DNA of 64,000 nt from an uncultured virus (IMG/VR IMGVR_UViG_3300009610_000004). Its lineage: Duplodnaviria; Heunggongvirae; Uroviricota; Caudoviricetes. Both the position numbers and the translations under genes were made by a program. Of the stretch, positions 58,065 through 64,000 are shown piece after piece (the first letter of the stretch is position 1; each line of letters begins with the position of its first letter). The notes under the pieces are model-generated. The model saw only the letters and a list, made by a program, of their open reading frames with translations. It did not search any database and was not told the origin of the DNA. The stretch lies in the IMG/VR virus record IMGVR_UViG_3300009610_000004. One strand, 5' to 3'.

Positions 58065-58514
58065 ATGCATCCGAGTTTGACGAGTTACGGAGAGCGGATG
58101 GCGAAGGTCGCCAGCGCGGCGGCGGAATTCCCCGCGACGTTTGGGTTGCGGGCCTTCCCCGGCGACCTGTTTCGGATCGACCTGAAGACGAGCTACCTCA
58201 ACGATGCGGGCGAGGTGATGCTCTACACGCAACGGCGCGGGGAGCGCGGCGACTGGCTCGCGTTCGCCAAGGGATCGGTGCTCGAACTGAAGCGCGAGGC
58301 GACGGATCTGGCCCGGCCTGAGCGCACGTATCCGATCACGGTGTACGTGTCGCGGGTCGAGCGGCCAGCGCGGGCGTGGGTCTTTGGGGACAATGAGCGC
58401 AAACCGGCGACGTTGATCGGCCAGCGCGTGTTGGGCGTGTATGACAACGCCTCTGAGTTGGGCCGGGCCATGATCGAGTGGGCTGAGGGCGAGTGGACGG
58501 AGGTGTCGCGGTGA
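58065..58514 (+). CDS. hypothetical early protein
   Basis: AAGGTG SD after a hairpin. Confidence 0.6.
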   Translation: MHPSLTSYGERMAKVASAAAEFPATFGLRAFPGDLFRIDLKTSYLNDAGEVMLYTQRRGERGDWLAFAKGSVLELKREATDLARPERTYPITVYVSRVERPARAWVFGDNERKPATLIGQRVLGVYDNASELGRAMIEWAEGEWTEVSR

Positions 58515-58777
58515 GCGGGATCTACCGGGTGCGGGTCGAGGCCGGTGACAACGTGTTCACGGCGTATCAGGGCGATTCGAGCACGCAAGCGATGAAGGCC
58601 ATCGACATTGCGCGGGCCGTCCTGATCATGAGCGGCGGCACGGCGGCGATCTGGCTGAATGAGAGCGGCGGCGGTTTGGGCGAGCGGCCACCGGACCGGC
58701 TCGCGTGGACGGTGGCGGGTGGATCGGCGGCGGCGGGCCCGGCGGCACCGTGGATCGTGAAGGGAGCGGCGAAATGA
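58511..58777 (+). CDS. hypothetical early protein
   Basis: GTGA overlap, GGAGGTG SD. Confidence 0.55.
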   Translation: MSGIYRVRVEAGDNVFTAYQGDSSTQAMKAIDIARAVLIMSGGTAAIWLNESGGGLGERPPDRLAWTVAGGSAAAGPAAPWIVKGAAK

Positions 58778-59070
58778 CGCACACGGCGGTATCGATGATT
58801 GTGGCGGTGGGCGAGGTGATCCAGATGCGGGCCGGGGAGTTGTGGGTGGACGTGATCGTGCGCGACGTCAAGAGCGCGTGGGGCAAGCACCGCTTGCTGG
58901 TGGGCCCGGTGGCCGGTGACGGCCAGCAGTGGGTCGAGATGTCGAGTGTGCGGCGCGGGCCGGTGGCGCGGGCGATGGCGGCGGCGGCGTTCGAGTGCCC
59001 GGTATGCCGGGGGCAGATGGAAGTAGATGGCGTGGCGGGCGCGTGCTGGCAGTGCGGGGACAATCGCTGA
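58774..59070 (+). CDS. hypothetical protein with Zn ribbon
   Basis: VRDVKSAWG...LVGPVAGDGQQWV; CPVC...CWQC. Confidence 0.6.
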   Translation: MTHTAVSMIVAVGEVIQMRAGELWVDVIVRDVKSAWGKHRLLVGPVAGDGQQWVEMSSVRRGPVARAMAAAAFECPVCRGQMEVDGVAGACWQCGDNR

Positions 59071-59154
59071 ATTCGGAGTCGCATCGCGCCGGTCGCAGAC
59101 GGCGCGGGCGCGAGGCCGGGCAGTATCGCGGGATGACAGACAGAAAGGTGAACG

Positions 59155-59364
59155 ATGGAACGAAACAGATTTGACAGGTTCGAGGTCCAGGAGCAAACGC
59201 TCATCTGGACGGCGTTGCACATTGCTTGCGAGCAATGGCAGAAGGATGCGGTGATGATGATGAAGGGCACGCCCAATGCGCGCTTGGCGGCGCATTTCGA
59301 GGGCTACGTGGCGACGGCGGCGAAGCTCCGCGACGAGATCGAAGGGGAGGACGGCGATGCCTGA
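59155..59364 (+). CDS. hypothetical early protein
   Basis: AAGGTG SD after a hairpin. Confidence 0.6.
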   Translation: MERNRFDRFEVQEQTLIWTALHIACEQWQKDAVMMMKGTPNARLAAHFEGYVATAAKLRDEIEGEDGDA

Positions 59365-59773
59365 GAACCGGACCTATCAGAAGCACGGCCTGGAATTCCA
59401 GGTCGAGTGGAAAAACGACGACGACAGTGCGGATCTGAGCTACCTGGACTGCGTTGACGATGCGGCGCGGCTCGCGGCGTGGAACCGCAACGACTGGGTC
59501 ATGTTGCAGTGCGGCGTGACGGCGCGCATTCGAACGGAGACCATGTGGGCCGTGCCTAACACGGTGGGCCGGGCCTATCTGTCGCAGATCGAGTCGGACT
59601 CTGACGCGGCGTATCTGAGCGACGTAGAAGAGAGCCTTGAGGCCGAAGCACTCGCGGATGCGCGGATGACGATGGCGGCGTTGCAGCGGGCGCTGGCCCC
59701 GGCGGCGGTGGAGCCGCTCGATCTGCGCCAGATGGCGCTGGTGATCGAGGCATGGGTCGAGGTGGAAGCATGA
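59357..59773 (+). CDS. hypothetical acidic early protein
   Basis: GGAGG SD; ARLAAWNRNDW...YLSQIESDSD. Confidence 0.6.
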   Translation: MPENRTYQKHGLEFQVEWKNDDDSADLSYLDCVDDAARLAAWNRNDWVMLQCGVTARIRTETMWAVPNTVGRAYLSQIESDSDAAYLSDVEESLEAEALADARMTMAALQRALAPAAVEPLDLRQMALVIEAWVEVEA

Positions 59774-59991
59774 GTGCCATCGTGCGGATCGGCGAGCGAC
59801 CGCTGAAACGCGAGACGGCGGTAGGCATCCGGGACGGAGGGCGCTCACGCGCCCTTCTCATCGAACTGCACCCGCGCCATATCGAGTTGAGGCGCAAGGG
59901 AACGCAACGGCGGCTCACCGTGTCATACGACGCCATCTATGACCTCGCGAGCAAGCTCTTGGCGCGGGCTGAGAAGGGCGGTGGCAAGTGA
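59770..59991 (+). CDS. hypothetical basic protein
   Basis: ATGA overlap. Confidence 0.6.
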   Translation: MSAIVRIGERPLKRETAVGIRDGGRSRALLIELHPRHIELRRKGTQRRLTVSYDAIYDLASKLLARAEKGGGK

Positions 59992-60455
59992 GCGTGCCGA
60001 TCTCGACGCTCGACTGGTTCCTCGCTTACCGGCGGCGCGGCGAGCGGGCGGTGGATTGCCTCTGGCGGGCCCGGTGCAATGCGGCGGCGGTCAAGGATGC
60101 CGAAGATACGCTGGCGCGGTTGTCGCCGTCTTCGCGGGCCCGCGTCGAACGCTTCCATGAGTGGCTCATACGGTCAGACGAGGTGATGGTGCTCCAGGAG
60201 GAACGCGACCGGGACTGGATCAATGAACCGGAGCGGGCCGGGCGGTGCCATGCGGCGGCTGATCACGGGTGCGACGGCAAGACTCACGCGGAGGTGATCG
60301 ACGACTGGCGCGATGCGTTTCAGCAGTGGTGCCGGTGCCACGGCGGCAAGTGGGCCGAGACTCCGGTACGGTTCATCACGGCGGTCGAGGCCCATGCGAC
60401 GTTGTGCGAGCTATGGCACGAGTATCACGGCTCGCTGCATACGGAGATTGGCTGA
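59988..60455 (+). CDS. hypothetical early protein
   Basis: GTGA overlap. Confidence 0.55.
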   Translation: MSVPISTLDWFLAYRRRGERAVDCLWRARCNAAAVKDAEDTLARLSPSSRARVERFHEWLIRSDEVMVLQEERDRDWINEPERAGRCHAAADHGCDGKTHAEVIDDWRDAFQQWCRCHGGKWAETPVRFITAVEAHATLCELWHEYHGSLHTEIG

Positions 60456-60527
60456 GAGTCGCGGAGGGCGGGCCCTCGACGGCCCGTCCAGCGGGATTCT
60501 TTCCCAAATCAAACGAGGTGAAAGGCA

Positions 60528-60734
60528 ATGGCGAAAGCTAAAGCAGTGACAGTGACGATTGATACGGACCGCATTCTGGAAGCGGTCCAGGCAGACGACA
60601 ATCTGGGGTTCTGCCTCGCGTGCGGCGAGGAAGCCTACGGCGTCGAACCGGATGCCCGGCGGTATCCCTGCGAGGCGTGCGGAGCCAAGCAGGTCTATGG
60701 GGCCGAAGAACTCATGATCATGGTGGTCGCATGA
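60528..60734 (+). CDS. Zn-ribbon protein
   Basis: GFCLACG...EPDARRYPCEACG. Confidence 0.7.
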   Translation: MAKAKAVTVTIDTDRILEAVQADDNLGFCLACGEEAYGVEPDARRYPCEACGAKQVYGAEELMIMVVA

Positions 60735-61075
60735 GCGGCGCGGCGGCGAAGACGGCGGTGATCGCGCATCTCAACGACCTCGCGCGGCGGGCGATGGGCG
60801 TTGGGTGCAAGCTGGTTGTCACGCCGGGCATTCGGGCGTTGCCAGATGCGGTCCAGTCGCGCATCCGCGAGCGGGTCGAGTTGTTCGACGACTTCAAAGA
60901 GTCGAACGATCCGTATGGCGAGCATGACTTTGGGGCCTTCGATCAGGCCGGGGCCGGGAAGGTCTTTTGGAAGATTGACTACTACGGTCCTGACTTCATG
61001 TACCTGTCCGAGAACCCGGCCTCGACGGCGGCGACCCGGCGGGTTCTGACGATCATGCTCGCAGAGGAGTACTAG
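60731..61075 (+). CDS. DUF3768 family protein
   Basis: NDPYGEHDFG...FWKIDYY...TRRVLTIMLAEEY. Confidence 0.85.
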   Translation: MSGAAAKTAVIAHLNDLARRAMGVGCKLVVTPGIRALPDAVQSRIRERVELFDDFKESNDPYGEHDFGAFDQAGAGKVFWKIDYYGPDFMYLSENPASTAATRRVLTIMLAEEY

Positions 61076-61077
61076 CC

Positions 61078-61323
61078 GTGAGGACGAGGTGGTTAGAGGT
61101 AGCGGCGTTGGCCGTGGCGGCGCTTGGGTTCATGGCGGCGGGTTGGGCGGCGGCGACCGCACGTTGGGCTCCTGGCGGGCCCTGCGATGACCGGGGAGAG
61201 CGTCTGGCGTGGAGCCAGGAGCTATGCTCGACGGACGCCGAGTGCGCCGTGCTGGAGGTCCGTCTGACGGAGCTTGGGTGGATACCGCCTGAGCCCATGT
61301 TCAGCGGCGACCGGCGGCGGTAG
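61078..61323 (+). CDS. small membrane/exported protein
   Basis: N-terminal hydrophobic helix; GAGGAG SD. Confidence 0.55.
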   Translation: MRTRWLEVAALAVAALGFMAAGWAAATARWAPGGPCDDRGERLAWSQELCSTDAECAVLEVRLTELGWIPPEPMFSGDRRR

Positions 61324-61343
61324 GATCGGCGGCGGCGGGATCG

Positions 61344-61370
61344 GGGGAGCCTTCGGGCTCCCCTTTTTTT
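61344..61370 (+). terminator. Rho-independent terminator
   Basis: GGGGAGCC-TTCG-GGCTCCCC followed by T7. Confidence 0.92.
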
Positions 61371-61591
61371 GTGCCTGGAGCCCGCTGGCCGGGCCGGGGG
61401 GACCGGCGGCCGGGATCGGTGAGCGGGCCCGCTGGCGGTGCCGTGGCGGGCCGGTGGCGACCGGCCTAGGCTCTGGCGCTATACGGCGGGCCGGTGGCCC
61501 GGTGCCGGCCGCTTTCCGGGCCGGGGCCAGCTCGCGCCAAGGTGCGACCGCCAGGTCGCGCCCGCGGGGCCTCGAGTTGGGGCGGGCGTCC

Positions 61592-61624
61592 GACAGGCGG
61601 GTGACAGGCGGGTGACAGGCGGCT
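61592..61624 (+). repeat. three tandem 11-bp repeats GACAGGCGG(G/C)T
   Basis: read directly; just upstream of a promoter. Confidence 0.85.
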
Positions 61625-61635
61625 GAGAAATATAA

Positions 61636-61664
61636 TTGACGCGGCAAGTTGCTCGTGTCATGCT
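61636..61664 (+). promoter_or_regulatory. promoter TTGACG-17-CATGCT
   Basis: AT-rich tract upstream, TG extension, follows terminator. Confidence 0.65.
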
Positions 61665-61723
61665 CATTGGCAAGGCTCCCGTGGCAAGGGGCCGGTGAGA
61701 ATACGACGAGGTGAAAGGACAAT

Positions 61724-62422
61724 ATGAAGTTCCAAGACTATCCGGTCTGGCCGTATGACGGCGGGCCGGTGAAAGAAAACATGGAGGTTCCCCAGTGGGC
61801 TCTCGACGAGGGATTCGAAGATAGCTCCTGGCACAACGACGCGGCGGCGAGGATGTTTTTGACGCGCTCGCCCGGCGTCAATCTGTGGGTGGCAGAGGAA
61901 AGGCCAGAGGACCGCGAGTGTTCGACGGGCAAGCGGTACACGCTGCAAGTCGAGATCGACAGTGAGGCCAATACGTTTCTCACTACGGACGATCACGCCG
62001 AGATCATTCACTTCCTGAAGACGCCCACGCTCGAATTCACGGTGGCCCGCGCTTGCGCGGAGATCTGGCATGACATGGAAGACGGCACGGTGCCGCGTGA
62101 GAAGATCCGTTCGTTCAGCGACCTTCACGATTACGTGGACGCGAACGGGTACGGCGGTGCCTTCGAGGATTGGGCGTGGCGCGACTTCGATCCGCAGCCA
62201 ATGGACATGGACTTCTGGAACAAGGTCCAGGACCAGTGCGACAAGTGGATCAAGGATGAGTTCGCAATGCAGCACGCGATCAAAACCACCTTGGGCGAAG
62301 ACTGCAAGCGGGTCTTGTTGGGCGAGGCCGATATCGTTCTGCTCATCGCGGCGTGCGAGGACCGCGAGGGCCAAGAGTGCTACGACAAGCTGGCGGCACG
62401 GCTCAGGGCGGTGTCGCTATGA
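61724..62422 (+). CDS. hypothetical acidic early protein
   Basis: GFEDSSWHND and SFSDLHDYVDANGYGG motifs; AAGGA SD. Confidence 0.7.
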   Translation: MKFQDYPVWPYDGGPVKENMEVPQWALDEGFEDSSWHNDAAARMFLTRSPGVNLWVAEERPEDRECSTGKRYTLQVEIDSEANTFLTTDDHAEIIHFLKTPTLEFTVARACAEIWHDMEDGTVPREKIRSFSDLHDYVDANGYGGAFEDWAWRDFDPQPMDMDFWNKVQDQCDKWIKDEFAMQHAIKTTLGEDCKRVLLGEADIVLLIAACEDREGQECYDKLAARLRAVSL

Positions 62423-62784
62423 AGTTCAACGACTTTCCGATCTGGCTCGATCACGATGAGCGCCGTCCGACCGGCGGCATGATGGAGATCCCCGAATGGG
62501 CGCTGGCCGCTGGCTTCGAGGACTGGAGTTGCCACAACGACGAGATGGCTCGTATGCGGCACAAGGACGCATGGGATCTGGTCTTGTGGATCGGCGACGA
62601 GCGATGCACGCCGCGCTACATCCTGACTCTTGAGGACTGGGATTATCCTGAGGACCGCGAAGAGACGTGGAGGTCTGCCAACGATCACCAGGAGGTGCTC
62701 GACTTCCTGGCCGACCCCAGACGGCAAGACTTCCGGTCCCAGTTGAAACTCGCCATCGAGCGCGACCCACGGGTGCGGAAGTAG
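62419..62784 (+). CDS. paralog of the N-terminal domain of 61724-62422
   Basis: MKFNDFPIW...MEIPEWALAAGFEDWSCHND. Confidence 0.7.
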   Translation: MKFNDFPIWLDHDERRPTGGMMEIPEWALAAGFEDWSCHNDEMARMRHKDAWDLVLWIGDERCTPRYILTLEDWDYPEDREETWRSANDHQEVLDFLADPRRQDFRSQLKLAIERDPRVRK

Positions 62785-62856
62785 GAATCCGCGAGGCGGC
62801 TCTGAGTGTGACAGAGCCGACCGGCGGGATACTTCCCAAATCGAGGTGGAAAGGCA

Positions 62857-63222
62857 ATGGCAAGACACGTTGGAAGCGAGATCGAACTGGGGATCACGCG
62901 CCAGGAAGGGCGCATGGGCCCGGAGCGGGCCGTGCTGGTGATGAATACCGACCGGGGCACTTACGGCGGCGTGCATTCGGGAGCGATGGTGCAGTGGGTG
63001 AACGAGGCGAACGAGTACCGGTGCCATACGCTGGTGACCGATTATTGCGCGAAGGTGGCGGTGTCGATGGCGCGGGCGACCCAACGCAATATCGACCGGC
63101 AGCACGCTCAGGCGTTCTCCGAGGAAACGGTGGCGAAGCTGGTCGAGGCGGCGAAGGCGCACTACGCGGGCGTCTGGCCCCCGCGCACGCTGAACCCGTG
63201 GGAAGGGGAGGTGGCGAAATGA
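62857..63222 (+). CDS. hypothetical early protein
   Basis: GAGGTGGAAAGG SD after a hairpin. Confidence 0.65.
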   Translation: MARHVGSEIELGITRQEGRMGPERAVLVMNTDRGTYGGVHSGAMVQWVNEANEYRCHTLVTDYCAKVAVSMARATQRNIDRQHAQAFSEETVAKLVEAAKAHYAGVWPPRTLNPWEGEVAK

Positions 63223-63521
63223 CGCTCGCGATTCTGCAGTGGCGCGAGTACGGCGACGACGAGGACAGTTTGAGCGTGCATCTGATCGAGAGCCAGGACG
63301 ACGACGACGACTATGGCTTCGACGCGGCCCGGCGGCTCGCCAAGCACGAGGCCGAAGTCAACGGGTTGCTCTACCGGGAACCGGACGAGGCGGTTAGCCG
63401 CTACGACGATGAAAAGGGCCATCTCATGATCATCAACATGATGGCGTTCAAGAACGGCGAGGTCATCACGGCCCAGGACGAGCGGAAGTTCATTGTCCGG
63501 TTTGAGGAGGTGACCGAATGA
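63219..63521 (+). CDS. acidic hypothetical protein
   Basis: ATGA overlap, GGAGGTG SD. Confidence 0.65.
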   Translation: MTLAILQWREYGDDEDSLSVHLIESQDDDDDYGFDAARRLAKHEAEVNGLLYREPDEAVSRYDDEKGHLMIINMMAFKNGEVITAQDERKFIVRFEEVTE

Positions 63522-63760
63522 AGCGAACCCTGACCCGCGAAGAGATGGAAGAGAAGTTCACGCTGGCGATGCGGCTGCTCTGGGAACTGGCAGACGACGA
63601 GGAAGCCTTCAATTCGGCAGTGGACGACGAGAACGGCGGCAAGTACGAACTCGACGAGTCGTTCGACGAGTTTTTGTGCCAGTTGGGGAGCAAGGTTCGC
63701 TTTGTCCCCGCCGGGCATTACGCGCGGATAGCGGAGAAGAAGAAAGCAGAGGTGAAGTGA
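63518..63760 (+). CDS. acidic hypothetical protein
   Basis: ATGA overlap, GGAGGTG SD. Confidence 0.65.
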   Translation: MKRTLTREEMEEKFTLAMRLLWELADDEEAFNSAVDDENGGKYELDESFDEFLCQLGSKVRFVPAGHYARIAEKKKAEVK

Positions 63761-63975
63761 TGGCGGCGACAATGGCGATTCTGTGCTGGCGTCCCTACGA
63801 CGGCGACCCGGACGACATCCATACGGCGATGGAGATCTACGACGATGAGGCGTGCGGCGGTTGGCGTCCGGTGACGTACCTTGCCATGCAGCAAGCGGCG
63901 GAATACAACCTCCGCTACGACATGGACACCGATCAGCTCACCGAAGGAAGACCTGGAAGTACTGGGCTCGTATGA
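63760..63975 (+). CDS. acidic hypothetical protein, possibly frameshifted near 63946
   Basis: AILCWRPY resembles AILQWREY of 63219-63521; the +1 frame continues EDLEVLGSYEIGDGESYG to the window end. Confidence 0.55.
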   Translation: MAATMAILCWRPYDGDPDDIHTAMEIYDDEACGGWRPVTYLAMQQAAEYNLRYDMDTDQLTEGRPGSTGLV

Positions 63976-64000
63976 GATCGGCGACGGCGAGAGCTACGGC

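Noticed and set aside
1..64000. Stop-codon reassignment, DNA polymerase, integrase or tape measure gene
   Set aside because: Genes are intact in the standard code and use all three stops; none of these genes was recognisable in the window

Overview
The whole window is a GC-rich tailed dsDNA phage or prophage with podovirus-like organisation; no host housekeeping genes are visible. An Acidobacteria-like host is only a guess from composition and gene style. A long minus-strand arm runs right to left: probable terminase small subunit (57.3 kb), accessory genes and an HNH nuclease, terminase large subunit, portal with a Zn-ribbon insert, M15 peptidase, scaffold, major capsid, adaptor and tail proteins, conventional fibre/LamG genes, ejection-type proteins and a ~3940-aa polyvalent protein. 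It continues into an unusual adhesin cassette (4.7-14.2 kb) and then a Cro-like HTH gene, a putative annealing protein, an SMC/Rad50-like ATPase and an endonuclease. Plus-strand small early-type genes occupy 51.8-53.3 kb and 57.5-64 kb. Best candidate for an undescribed system: an RcGTA-type head-spike base gene followed by five fibre, lectin or lyase genes. Four of these have Sec-type signal peptides and paired cysteines, and three share a terminal Gly-rich R[IL]G tag, suggesting appendages that fold in the periplasm. Other highlights are a TTTGCGCAAA operator at five predicted promoters, a leader RNA that sequesters its own SD, repeated RNase III-like hairpins, and FtsK-gamma-like, glycosylase-like and duplicated degenerate zincin modules in the giant protein. 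All family assignments are by-eye motif recognition; no searches were run.
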